Below, piece by piece: positions 1 to 8,809 of a DNA stretch of 64,000 nucleotides; within the stretch, counting starts at the first letter, position 1, and each line of letters begins with the position of its first letter. The notes under the pieces were generated by a model. The model was not told the DNA's origin and did not search any database. It saw nothing but the letters and a program-made list of their open reading frames with translations. A program made the position numbers and the translations under genes. Where the stretch lies: IMG/VR virus record IMGVR_UViG_3300030098_004828, positions 1 to 64,000 of that record; one strand, written 5' to 3'.

Positions 1-705
1 CTTTAAACACATTGCATCTTTCAAAGAAGAACATATAACAAGATAAGGTTGATTATACTCTAATTGATCTATACCTTGAAGATGAGGTTTAACTTTTATG
101 AATTTAAACTTCTTATTCTTTGGTTGATAAATCTTATAGATATTATCATCTTTATCAAAATAACCATATATATAACTTTGAGCTAATAATCCCCCTATTG
201 TTCTTACTTCTCTTTTTTCATTACCTTCTTTAACCATACGGTAAAAATTAAGAGGTTTAACATTATATTTATTAAGAATATCTTCACCAATATTAAAACT
301 TAACCAAAATTCTGCATCCCAATTAAACCATTTTCTTGAATTTACATGTTCTACTTTAAATTTTGCTTCTGGTTTTATAGTAGATTGCGTATATTCACCT
401 TTATCTGTAATAAATTTATTATAATCTTGACCTATTTTAAATACTGCTTTAGAGTAGTCTATATTAAATAGTTCTTTAACTAAATCAATTTTATTACCAC
501 CTTTACCTGTTGAAAAATCTTTAAACTTATATTGACCTTTATCCACAAATACCCACATGCTTGGAGTTCTTTCAGTAGGATGAAATACAGATTTAATCTG
601 CACATTCTGTCCATTCAGTCTTTCTGGTAAATCCAGATAGAACTCAAACACCCACGTACTTGGAACTTTAGATCCATCTAATATGAGATTCTTTGTACTT
701 ATCAT
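1..705 (-). CDS. DNA primase, crAss-like TOPRIM type (truncated at window edge)
   Basis: Not in ORF track (no stop in window). ATG at 705 gives MISTKNLILDG...SVFHPTERTPSM...FKDFSTGKGG (degenerate primase Zn-binding domain); last residues YLVICSSLKDAMCLK match the crAss-type TOPRIM motif. Confidence 0.8.
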   Translation of the reverse strand, partial: MISTKNLILDGSKVPSTWVFEFYLDLPERLNGQNVQIKSVFHPTERTPSMWVFVDKGQYKFKDFSTGKGGNKIDLVKELFNIDYSKAVFKIGQDYNKFITDKGEYTQSTIKPEAKFKVEHVNSRKWFNWDAEFWLSFNIGEDILNKYNVKPLNFYRMVKEGNEKREVRTIGGLLAQSYIYGYFDKDDNIYKIYQPKNKKFKFIKVKPHLQGIDQLEYNQPYLVICSSLKDAMCLK

Positions 706-716
706 GCTTTTAAAAT

Positions 717-746
717 AATATAGGGACAAGTAAGTGCCCCTATATT
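717..746 (-). terminator. Strong hairpin (terminator/attenuator-like) just upstream of primase ATG
   Basis: Minus strand AATATAGGGGCA-CTTACT-TGTCCCTATATT followed by ATTTT. Confidence 0.6.
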
Positions 747-757
747 GTTAACTTGAT

Positions 758-837
758 TGTATTGACTGTTATTATGCGGTATTCACTCCGTTGCAGGACA
801 GCCAATACACCTCTTACTAGGTAATATTATCCTGCAA
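758..837 (-). ncRNA. Putative pseudoknotted structured RNA element
   Basis: Two crossing helices (837-830 with 798-791; 809-799 with 768-758) plus two small hairpins. Confidence 0.5.
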
Positions 838-839
838 AA

Positions 840-1562
840 TTATAATTCAAAATCAGAACCTGACCCTGAATCTGCTTTAAATGGTAATTCATCAGCACCA
901 TTTGGATTAACATCTTTTTTAACTAAAGCTTTAACATGCACAGCACGATCAAACTTAAGAAGTCTAGAGTTTTCTTTATCCAATGCTTCCATTGCAATAC
1001 CATCTTTAGATATACGTGGTAAATAAAGATCATTATTTACATAACCTTCTTTATTTTCCCATTCACGTCCACCTATACACATATTTATAAATTTAGAACC
1101 TTTTTGATTTTCAGTAAATAGATTATTACATTCTTTCATAAAATCTTCTATATTTTCTGCTTCAATAGAATCTAATCCATCTCTCATTTCTAATGTTTCA
1201 CCTAAAGTAATCATATTTTTTAAGATTTCTTGATCTCTTTGGATTTCTCTACCACTAGGTAATGTAGTGTCTTTAAATGGAAAAGGACTAATTCTTACTC
1301 TTCCAACTTGACCTTCATATCTACCAAGTGATTGATTATTATAATCTCTAAAGAAACCTTCAAAATCACCACCAACTGGTTCAGTTTCTACATGTAAATG
1401 TATATTGTATGAATCAGCATCATACGGGGTTTGATCTAATGTAATAGAATTAATCTTTACTTTATGATTTCCTGGATCTAATACAGGCTTTGTACGTCCG
1501 CTTCCTGCAGACATGTCTTTAGTATTCAACATAACTTTCTTTTTTAAATTTGTTTCACTCAT
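840..1562 (-). CDS. Single-stranded DNA-binding protein-like
   Basis: Follows a Sak4-like ATPase; beta-rich; acidic tail containing DELPF (Bacteroidota SSB-type tail) and ending DFEL. Confidence 0.55.
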   Translation of the reverse strand: MSETNLKKKVMLNTKDMSAGSGRTKPVLDPGNHKVKINSITLDQTPYDADSYNIHLHVETEPVGGDFEGFFRDYNNQSLGRYEGQVGRVRISPFPFKDTTLPSGREIQRDQEILKNMITLGETLEMRDGLDSIEAENIEDFMKECNNLFTENQKGSKFINMCIGGREWENKEGYVNNDLYLPRISKDGIAMEALDKENSRLLKFDRAVHVKALVKKDVNPNGADELPFKADSGSGSDFEL

Positions 1563-1567
1563 ATTAA

Positions 1568-2251
1568 TTAATTTTCATATTCAATAATTGCATTCTTAAC
1601 ACGTTGTAATGAATTTTCTATACGTGCATCATCAAACATACCGTCTGGTGATTTACAAGTATTTTCTCCATTATTAACTGTTTCAAATACATAACTTAAC
1701 TTATCATCTTCTCCTTTGACAACTTTGCCAAATAGAACTATAGAGAATAGACCTTCTAAAGTTAAAGCATTATCTATCATTTTACCTACAGTTTTTGCTT
1801 TTACTTTTCTATGTCCATTCACATCTGTTGATTCTTCAGAGTGTGTAAGGAAGAATATATATAAGTCATCTCTCATATCTTTAGGCATCTTAGCAACTTG
1901 TGCAAGATTCTTTGCAATAGAGGTAAACTTATCATAACCTTTCTCATCAGCTCTATCAAAGTATTCAAAACTGGACATATATTGCCAGTCATCAATTACT
2001 AGATTTTTTATATGAGGCATTTTATCATTAACATGCATCATGGCTTTCATAATTCCTGCAGCTGTGGCTGTAGCAGCCATATTACCATTAGGATTATCTT
2101 TACCAATCATTGTATAATTCTTTTTCCATCCTTTAAATGGTAAAGGTTTATTTGCAATGTTAATAATAAATGTCTCTTCAGGACGTAAATTCCTTATAGA
2201 CGTTGATTTACCTGACCCGGAGTCAGCTATAACTAAAACAGAATGTGCCAT
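1568..2251 (-). CDS. AAA_24/Sak4-like ATPase (ssDNA annealing/recombination)
   Basis: Walker A ADSGSGKST, Walker B LVIDD, FLTHSE, terminal TCKSPDGMF typical of this family. Confidence 0.8.
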   Translation of the reverse strand: MAHSVLVIADSGSGKSTSIRNLRPEETFIINIANKPLPFKGWKKNYTMIGKDNPNGNMAATATAAGIMKAMMHVNDKMPHIKNLVIDDWQYMSSFEYFDRADEKGYDKFTSIAKNLAQVAKMPKDMRDDLYIFFLTHSEESTDVNGHRKVKAKTVGKMIDNALTLEGLFSIVLFGKVVKGEDDKLSYVFETVNNGENTCKSPDGMFDDARIENSLQRVKNAIIEYEN

Positions 2252-2748
2252 TATTTACTTAATTTTTGGTTTATACTTAATAATGCTCTTTCAATACCCA
2301 TAAGAACATCTACTATTTCTCTTTTTTCTGGATTTTTAATTAATTCTGGTTCTTTAATAGGTGATCTTCTACTAGTTACATCATTAATTACTTTTAATTC
2401 ACTTACAGGTACAATATGTCTTTCAAATCCTGAACTACTTGTTACTATTTCATATTCTTCAGCCCAATGAGCATTATGTTTTAATAAATATAATGTTCTT
2501 TTTGGATCTTCTGAATCATATTCTATACTAACAAATTCTGTGTAGATATCTCTACCTTTTTGTAGTTCACTAGGAAAGAAAGATACATGTAATTCATCTT
2601 TTCCTGATGGTCTATATGCCATCTTAGGTATATATAGAGCATTTATATTTGCGGAAGATTGGAAATAATCTTCATGCTCTTCTCTTAATTTTAATACTTT
2701 TGCTTTACGCTCTGCTGGAGTCATACTTTTATTTTTTGTTGTTACCAT
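2251..2748 (-). CDS. Hypothetical protein in replication operon
   Basis: 165-aa ORF abutting both neighbours. Confidence 0.7.
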   Translation of the reverse strand: MVTTKNKSMTPAERKAKVLKLREEHEDYFQSSANINALYIPKMAYRPSGKDELHVSFFPSELQKGRDIYTEFVSIEYDSEDPKRTLYLLKHNAHWAEEYEIVTSSSGFERHIVPVSELKVINDVTSRRSPIKEPELIKNPEKREIVDVLMGIERALLSINQKLSK

Positions 2749-2751
2749 ATA

Positions 2752-3705
2752 TTATCTTCTTTGTTCTTGAGGTGGCGTATCCATCTCTATTATTTGCATT
2801 CTTTCAAACTGAGCTTTAAAGAAACTCATACGTGTATCACCATTTCTTGCTTTAAGGAAATGTAATACTAATGTTTTGTCATCTTCTATTATATATCTAT
2901 CAGGTCCATAATATCTAATCTTTTGTTTAGCAGGCCGGTTAATACCTATTAAAGTATCAGCATGTTGTAACATTGCATCTGAACCAAATATATCTGATTC
3001 TAATACATAATTACCATACTTACCGTTCTGTGCTCTGTCTGGATTATCTATATTTCTATTTAATTGTGATAAACATATAAACATACAAGGATATTTACGT
3101 TTCATCTCTGTAAAGAACTCACCTAATTCAAATAACATATCTAATCTGTTATTTTGATAAGGTGCTCTTTTAACAAGAATACTATGATCCAATGTGATAA
3201 TAGTTTTCTTTTGATGAGTATTCATATAAATATCAACTTGATCTCTCATTTGATTTACAGTCATTGGTGTAGTTATTTGATCTACAGGACTTTTGATTCT
3301 ATCTTTAGCATACATATGACATTTTTCAAATGTTTCTTTAGTGAGTTTCATTCCTGCACTACACAACTCTTTATAAGTTTTACCAGTTACCGAAGAAAAC
3401 TCTCTTAATGCTGTAGTTCTACCTACCATTTCAAAACTAAATTCTAATACTCTATAATCTTCTTCAGGATTAAGAATAAAAGACTCTCTAATTATTTGAT
3501 CTTTAATCAATGTTTTACCAGAACCAGGTCTTCCCCCAATTACAGTAAGAGTATTCCACTCTAATCCATCAGTTACTGCATCATTAAATTTAGGCCATGG
3601 AGTTTGTATAGATTTCTCTTTACCACTCTGCCTAGCAAGCATATATTTTAATGCATCATTAAAAGCTTGATATTGTCCGTCCCATGCTGGTTTAACTTTA
3701 CTCAT
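2752..3705 (-). CDS. dnaB: DnaB-family replicative helicase (ATPase domain only)
   Basis: GGRPGSGKT, FSFEM, ITLDH, LSQLNR, LKARNG motifs. Confidence 0.9.
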   Translation of the reverse strand: MSKVKPAWDGQYQAFNDALKYMLARQSGKEKSIQTPWPKFNDAVTDGLEWNTLTVIGGRPGSGKTLIKDQIIRESFILNPEEDYRVLEFSFEMVGRTTALREFSSVTGKTYKELCSAGMKLTKETFEKCHMYAKDRIKSPVDQITTPMTVNQMRDQVDIYMNTHQKKTIITLDHSILVKRAPYQNNRLDMLFELGEFFTEMKRKYPCMFICLSQLNRNIDNPDRAQNGKYGNYVLESDIFGSDAMLQHADTLIGINRPAKQKIRYYGPDRYIIEDDKTLVLHFLKARNGDTRMSFFKAQFERMQIIEMDTPPQEQRR

Positions 3706-4298
3706 ACTACATTTTCTTTAAAATGATCTTTTTCTAATTCAGTTATACCATCACGAACCATGTCACAATAATCAGCTAATTCTGAATGTTTTACTTTATT
3801 TTTATCTGATTTACATATAAAGTATTGACTAGTTTTCATATACATATATTCTTTTTCTCTATATTCATTAACATACATAACAGTTGCATGCGCAACTTCA
3901 TCCCATGTATAATCATAAGTATCAAAGAACCATCTAAATGCATTTTCTAATGTCTTAACATTTTGTCTACCTGGTTTACCACTTGGTAATTTACCTGCAG
4001 GAAATGCTTCTCTATATATTTTAAGCATTTCTGGATAACCTTTGCCTAATAATTGAGTGCTAGTTCTTTTTTTTGCAATTCTAAATAAATTATCATATTT
4101 AGCACAAATTCTTTTACCTTTTGCACTTAATGTAAACTTTGGTTTTTTATATATCACCAACTCTAAATCAATTAGTTTTTGTGCCAATCCTTTCTTGTTA
4201 TCTAAAGGAAAAGAAATACTATTCTTTATCCCGTACAAGAGAAGTAATTGGTTCGGTGTAAGTTTGTCTTTTAATATCTTCTGGAACAGTTCTAACAT
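3702..4298 (-). CDS. Putative replication initiator/helicase loader-like protein
   Basis: Likely start MLELFQ at 4298; N-terminal wHTH-like part plus helical C-terminal domain; ATGA-coupled to dnaB. Function inferred from context. Confidence 0.45.
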   Translation of the reverse strand: MLELFQKILKDKLTPNQLLLLYGIKNSISFPLDNKKGLAQKLIDLELVIYKKPKFTLSAKGKRICAKYDNLFRIAKKRTSTQLLGKGYPEMLKIYREAFPAGKLPSGKPGRQNVKTLENAFRWFFDTYDYTWDEVAHATVMYVNEYREKEYMYMKTSQYFICKSDKNKVKHSELADYCDMVRDGITELEKDHFKENVV

Positions 4299-4770
4299 AA
4301 TTTTTAATATTTTTTTTAAGTTCATCATAAGCTTCACAAAACATAGGATCTCCAATATCTAATAAACCTTTTGCTTGTCTAATACCATGTAATACACTTG
4401 CATGATGTTTATTAATATGATCACCTGTATATTGTAACGTAAAACCTATTTTATTACACATATAACAAAAGAGTTGTTTGAATATTACAAATTCTCTTTT
4501 TCTACACTCTTTTCCAAGAGTTCTCCATCCTTTAAATTCCGGATATAATGTACGCATTGTACCTAATACTAATTTTTCAAGTATTTCTATAGTTTTTATC
4601 TGATGTGCTTCTTTCATTGCAATTATCTCATCTTCCCATTGTTTTATATTAACAACTACATCAGATTTATCACTTAATAGTATATTTAAATTTTTACCAT
4701 ATTTAGATTCAAAATTAGTTTTAAACTCTTGAATTTCATTGGTCATTTCTAAAATATCTTCTTTGAACAT
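4219..4770 (-). CDS. DnaA domain IV (C-terminal HTH)-like DNA-binding protein
   Basis: RKREFVIFKQLFCYMC...TLQYTGDHINKHHASVLHGIRQ parallels DnaA R.R.I..RQIAMYL...SL..IG..F.RDHTTVLHA; no AAA+ domain. Confidence 0.7.
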   Translation of the reverse strand: MFKEDILEMTNEIQEFKTNFESKYGKNLNILLSDKSDVVVNIKQWEDEIIAMKEAHQIKTIEILEKLVLGTMRTLYPEFKGWRTLGKECRKREFVIFKQLFCYMCNKIGFTLQYTGDHINKHHASVLHGIRQAKGLLDIGDPMFCEAYDELKKNIKNYVRTVPEDIKRQTYTEPITSLVRDKE

Positions 4771-4841
4771 TGTTTGTTTTTTAAGGGTTTGTAAAGATAC
4801 TAAATTTATTGTATCTTTAAGTATAATTTAATATTAATATA

Positions 4842-5360
4842 ATGGCAAAAACACAGAAAAATAAAGATTTAATTACTGAGCATTTAACTCCTGAGCAAAA
4901 TAAAGAAGCATTAGATAATTTAAAACAATTACAAGATGGACAAATTGCTAAAGTTCCTTTTGATGCAATAATAAATGTACCTATATCAGGTGCTTTTAAA
5001 GTATGTCTTGAAGAAACATTATTATATGTTTTAGCTGATTTTTCACCTGAAGGCATGCTTCAAACTTTACACAGAATAAAGACAAATTTTGAAGGTATGA
5101 AACCTGGAGATTTGACTTTACATGATAAAGCAGTTTGGACATTATTAACTTTAATTAATGAATGTAATTATAGAGCTGCTGATCAAAAAAAGACAGCTAT
5201 TTATGAAGATCCTGAAGCAAAAGAGCTTGTTGCAGATCTAATAAATGGTGCTCCTGGTAGTGTTTCTGAAATTTTAAAAGAAACAGATAAAATTAGAGAA
5301 GAAAAATTTAAAGAAAAAGAACCTAAAAAAGAAGAATCTAACGAAGATTCAAACCAGTAA
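4842..5360 (+). CDS. Hypothetical protein, lone plus-strand gene in the minus arm
   Basis: 172-aa ORF with phage-like codon usage, divergent from 4770 and overlapping the 3' end of 5338..5721. Confidence 0.75.
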   Translation: MAKTQKNKDLITEHLTPEQNKEALDNLKQLQDGQIAKVPFDAIINVPISGAFKVCLEETLLYVLADFSPEGMLQTLHRIKTNFEGMKPGDLTLHDKAVWTLLTLINECNYRAADQKKTAIYEDPEAKELVADLINGAPGSVSEILKETDKIREEKFKEKEPKKEESNEDSNQ

Positions 5361-5721
5361 AATCCCCCATTTCTATTAGGGACTGTATCACCAAGTTTAA
5401 TTCTTGTTTGCTACAGTCCTTAAATGATTTACAGTATTCTTGTTTATCTCTAACAAAACATAATCCTGTTTTTCTTTTAGCTTCAAGTTTAATTTCTTGA
5501 AATGTATGACCAATGTTATTTGCCAAATCTCTGATCATAGCATGAACTTTTGCAAGTTGTGCATTAGTTCCGTCTTCTCCAGATACACTTACAAATATTT
5601 CTACTTTAGTATCTTCAGGTAATTCTTTAATCCAATCTTTGTATAAAGTACCTTTAGCTTTTATAGTGTGAACAAGTTCACCATCTTTTTTCTTTAATAT
5701 TGAAAAGAAATTATTTTTCAT
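5338..5721 (-). CDS. NinB/Orf-like recombination mediator
   Basis: TNAQLAKVHAMIRDLA...KSFKDCSKQELNLVIQ resembles NinB motifs. Confidence 0.6.
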   Translation of the reverse strand: MKNNFFSILKKKDGELVHTIKAKGTLYKDWIKELPEDTKVEIFVSVSGEDGTNAQLAKVHAMIRDLANNIGHTFQEIKLEAKRKTGLCFVRDKQEYCKSFKDCSKQELNLVIQSLIEMGDFTGLNLR

Positions 5722-5819
5722 TTATTTTTTTTATCTATCCAATCACTTATTTGAGTGACAATATACATACCTATTGTAACTCCTAACATAAGAGACAATA
5801 CTATTGCTGTTTCTACCAT
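5718..5819 (-). CDS. Small membrane peptide (33 aa)
   Basis: MVETAIVLSLMLGVTIGMYIVTQISDWIDKKNK; overlaps both neighbours by 4 nt. Confidence 0.6.
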   Translation of the reverse strand: MVETAIVLSLMLGVTIGMYIVTQISDWIDKKNK

Positions 5820-5929
5820 GTTAATATTATTGTTATTATTATTACTATCATTAGAGGAAGAATCCATTTGATATCTTTTTCAACATCTTTACATTCTTCC
5901 TCCCATTCTTTTAATTCTTCATCAGTCAT
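5816..5929 (-). CDS. Small acidic peptide with C-terminal TM helix (37 aa)
   Basis: MTDEELKEWEEECKDVEKDIKWILPLMIVIITIILTW; ATGA overlap with upstream gene. Confidence 0.6.
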
Positions 5930-6123
5930 ATTATTTCTTTTTGACGTTCATCATTAAGTTCATTAACAGCATCTATTTTACCAGTTAATGTTAACCATCT
6001 ATTTAGTTCTTTTCTTTTTGTCCAAATAGTAACAGATGCTTTATCTTCTTGTATAGCTTGAATAGCCCTTTGTAACTGATCCCAATCATTTTGAGATAAG
6101 GAATACTCTTCAAGTATTTTCAT
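5926..6123 (-). CDS. Hypothetical protein
   Basis: 65-aa ORF in overlapping gene chain. Confidence 0.6.
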   Translation of the reverse strand: MKILEEYSLSQNDWDQLQRAIQAIQEDKASVTIWTKRKELNRWLTLTGKIDAVNELNDERQKEII

Positions 6124-6367
6124 GATCCTCTGTTATTTCTTTTTCTATTTCATACATAACATCAGGACATAATTCATAGAAGAAATCAGCCATATCAACT
6201 TGTTCATCAGTTGATGTATTTATTTCTTCATTCCATAAATAAACAGCTATTACTTCTACAGTTGATCCTGTACCAGGATAATCATGTGTAGCTGGTTCAG
6301 CTGGTATATAAGTATATTCTATATCTAGATCCCATTCATTTATTTTCTTTGAATATGTCTTTTGCAT
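6110..6367 (-). CDS. Acidic hypothetical protein
   Basis: 85 aa, very D/E-rich; YIPAEPATHDYPG motif seen in small phage proteins. Confidence 0.65.
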   Translation of the reverse strand: MQKTYSKKINEWDLDIEYTYIPAEPATHDYPGTGSTVEVIAVYLWNEEINTSTDEQVDMADFFYELCPDVMYEIEKEITEDHENT

Positions 6368-6485
6368 TTTTCTTTTTTTTATTATCTATATTATTTTCTT
6401 TAAACCATATTTTCATAAATTCTTGTGGTGTTCCTTTAAAATCTCTAGTTATCATTTCCAGATAAATTTCTTTCATTAATCCCAT
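6336..6485 (-). CDS. Small hypothetical protein (49 aa)
   Basis: MGLMKEIYLEMITRDFKGTPQEFMKIWF...; fills the gap between two listed ORFs. Confidence 0.5.
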   Translation of the reverse strand: MGLMKEIYLEMITRDFKGTPQEFMKIWFKENNIDNKKKKNAKDIFKENK

Positions 6486-6651
6486 CTCTTTTAAATTTTT
6501 TTAACATTAAACGTGCAGGAATTACTTTAGTCATATTACATGATGAGCAACACCTTCCTTCTTTATTATATAGGGGCAACGGATTGTGTCCGTGCCCCTC
6601 ATATTTACTGTCACATAAGCAACAAGTTTTTTCATTATAACCTACTTTCAT
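6445..6651 (-). CDS. Small zinc-finger protein
   Basis: CCLC...GHNPLP...RCCSSCN (two CxxC pairs). Confidence 0.65.
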   Translation of the reverse strand: MKVGYNEKTCCLCDSKYEGHGHNPLPLYNKEGRCCSSCNMTKVIPARLMLKKFKRDGINERNLSGNDN

Positions 6652-6889
6652 TTTGACTTTGTGGGATATATTCTTTTTCTACTTCATTTCCTTTATAGTC
6701 TAAATTCAAAGGTGTTAATATATTTACATATATATAATCAATATATTCTTCTTGATTATCATTTATTTCCTTTAAAGATTCAATTTCTGCTTGAAAATCT
6801 TTATTTTGACTTTTTAAATTATTATTAAGTATAAATTGGCCTATAATTAAAATACCTGCAATTACATACCAAATTTTTTTTCTATTCAT
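6635..6889 (-). CDS. Membrane-anchored coiled-coil protein
   Basis: N-terminal TM helix IWYVIAGILIIGQFIL then heptad-like segment. Confidence 0.6.
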   Translation of the reverse strand: MNRKKIWYVIAGILIIGQFILNNNLKSQNKDFQAEIESLKEINDNQEEYIDYIYVNILTPLNLDYKGNEVEKEYIPQSQNESRL

Positions 6890-7992
6890 TTATCTAATGG
6901 ATTAAAATATTTAACTTTATTACTATCAAAATTACTAAGTGCGGAGTTTACCCACTTTACATCTTGAGTATTCTTATAACATAATATATGACATACAGCT
7001 GTCTCACTAGGATTAAGTCTTAGTAGCCTACCAATCCTCTGTGCTGACTTACGTTCATTACCATATGCATGCATAATAATACCTTGACGTAAATTAGGTA
7101 TTGTAACTCCTTCACTCAGTTGTAATACACAAGATAGTTTATCAATTCTACCATCACTGAATAACTGTAAATTATCCTCCGATGCAGTGTTTTTAGAATG
7201 ATAACTATGTTTACACATTCTATCAGCTTGTGCTTGCGTATTTGCAAAAACAATACATTTTTGTCCTATATTATTCATTAAACCCTTGGCATACTCCTCT
7301 TTAGTAGTATAATCCATCATGGATTTCATTCTCATTATAGACAAATACTGTCTTTGCTTAGGTGTTTGGGCATCACCCAAAGCACCTGTAAAATAATCAT
7401 AATCTGATTGTTCACTTGTATACCAAGATCTACCATCCTTAGTAGACTTTTTAAGTCTTTTTAATTTAGATAGTTCTAGTTCATGAACAACAATTTTATA
7501 ATTATTAAGTATATCATTGTCAGCTGCATCATCTACACTAAATGTATATTTAACAGGACAATACTTATTAACCATCTTTAATTTCTCTCCTCTTTTAGGT
7601 GGTGTACCAGTTAAACCTAATATTCTACCTTTAAATTCAGAGAGAAATGTTTCATGTGTTTCTAATAAACTATGACATTCATCTAAATAAACTACATCAT
7701 AATCTCTTGGATTAAGTTTATTTAATGATAAATATGTTGTAAACTTTATATGACTTTCTACCCATTTTTTATCTAATAATTCTAATTCTTTGATCCAAGA
7801 GTCTTTTACAGACCACTTTGGAACAACAACTAAAACTCTTATAAATGCATCATATAGTTTTTCTAAATGGTTGATAGCAATTCTTGTCTTACCAACACCC
7901 ATAGATATACCGAGCGTTGCTCTTTTATTATTAATTGCTATATCTAAAGCATCTGATTGTACTTTATCTCTTGAGATTTCTTCCACAATCAT
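6886..7992 (-). CDS. Superfamily 2 DEXH helicase
   Basis: MGVGKT, LDECH, GLTGT, LSEGVTIP, QRIGRLLR motifs. Confidence 0.9.
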   Translation of the reverse strand: MIVEEISRDKVQSDALDIAINNKRATLGISMGVGKTRIAINHLEKLYDAFIRVLVVVPKWSVKDSWIKELELLDKKWVESHIKFTTYLSLNKLNPRDYDVVYLDECHSLLETHETFLSEFKGRILGLTGTPPKRGEKLKMVNKYCPVKYTFSVDDAADNDILNNYKIVVHELELSKLKRLKKSTKDGRSWYTSEQSDYDYFTGALGDAQTPKQRQYLSIMRMKSMMDYTTKEEYAKGLMNNIGQKCIVFANTQAQADRMCKHSYHSKNTASEDNLQLFSDGRIDKLSCVLQLSEGVTIPNLRQGIIMHAYGNERKSAQRIGRLLRLNPSETAVCHILCYKNTQDVKWVNSALSNFDSNKVKYFNPLDK

Positions 7993-8192
7993 TTCTTTTG
8001 CTTACTTGTTATAGCATATAGTACAAATATACCAAATGCCAATAATATTACAGATCCTATAAATGATACTATAGGCATTAATCCTAAAATTAATGCATAA
8101 GTCACACCATATAAACCTCCTATAATTGCTGCTGTCATTATGATTACAGTAGCAAAAAATTTTAACATACTAATTATTTTCTTTTTCATCAT
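7989..8192 (-). CDS. Small two-TM membrane protein
   Basis: Two hydrophobic segments flanked by Lys clusters. Confidence 0.65.
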   Translation of the reverse strand: MMKKKIISMLKFFATVIIMTAAIIGGLYGVTYALILGLMPIVSFIGSVILLAFGIFVLYAITSKQKK

Positions 8193-8433
8193 TATTTCTT
8201 TTTATATTATTTTTTTTTAATAGTCTATCAATCATATCATTGTGTTTTTCATTTAATTTTTCAGGCATGTCCTTTGTAAATGAATCCATTATTTTAAATT
8301 GATTTGTTTCATTTATTATATGCAATAATGTTTCTTGATCTATTATCTCAGGATTATCCGTGAGAAACATAGCAAGTTCATATAATTGCTCTTTTTTTAA
8401 GTTTTGTGCTAAATATCTTAATAATTCTATCAT
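8170..8433 (-). CDS. Hypothetical protein
   Basis: 87-aa ORF in overlapping chain. Confidence 0.6.
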   Translation of the reverse strand: MIELLRYLAQNLKKEQLYELAMFLTDNPEIIDQETLLHIINETNQFKIMDSFTKDMPEKLNEKHNDMIDRLLKKNNIKRNNDEKENN

Positions 8434-8543
8434 AATTCAGGTCCTACTAATATTAAATCTATTGATAATGCTGCAAAAACTAATATTGCAAATATTAATA
8501 ATATAACAACAAATAAAGCTGTTTCTTTTGTTCCTTTTTCCAT
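8430..8543 (-). CDS. Small membrane peptide (37 aa)
   Basis: MEKGTKETALFVVILLIFAILVFAALSIDLILVGPEL; ATGA overlap with downstream gene. Confidence 0.6.
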   Translation of the reverse strand: MEKGTKETALFVVILLIFAILVFAALSIDLILVGPEL

Positions 8544-8545
8544 TT

Positions 8546-8809
8546 TTATATTCTTTTAATTGAAAATCCTAATTCTTCTGCCTCTATTGGATTTAATTCT
8601 ATCCAAGTATGACAGCTTCTACATACTGATAACCAAGTAGTTACATCATTATGATATTTACCTCTACCTTTTTTGTGATGAACTTCAGTTGATTTATGAG
8701 AACATCTAGGAAGTGCAGCTTGACACATAGGATAGTCATTAAGAAATACCCCTCTTAATTTACTATACTTTGCATCAATCCGCTGCATCTTCTTAGATTT
8801 ATTCTTCAT
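8546..8809 (-). CDS. Small HNH endonuclease
   Basis: C..C...EVHHKKGR...WLSVCRSCHTWIE. Confidence 0.75.
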   Translation of the reverse strand: MKNKSKKMQRIDAKYSKLRGVFLNDYPMCQAALPRCSHKSTEVHHKKGRGKYHNDVTTWLSVCRSCHTWIELNPIEAEELGFSIKRI

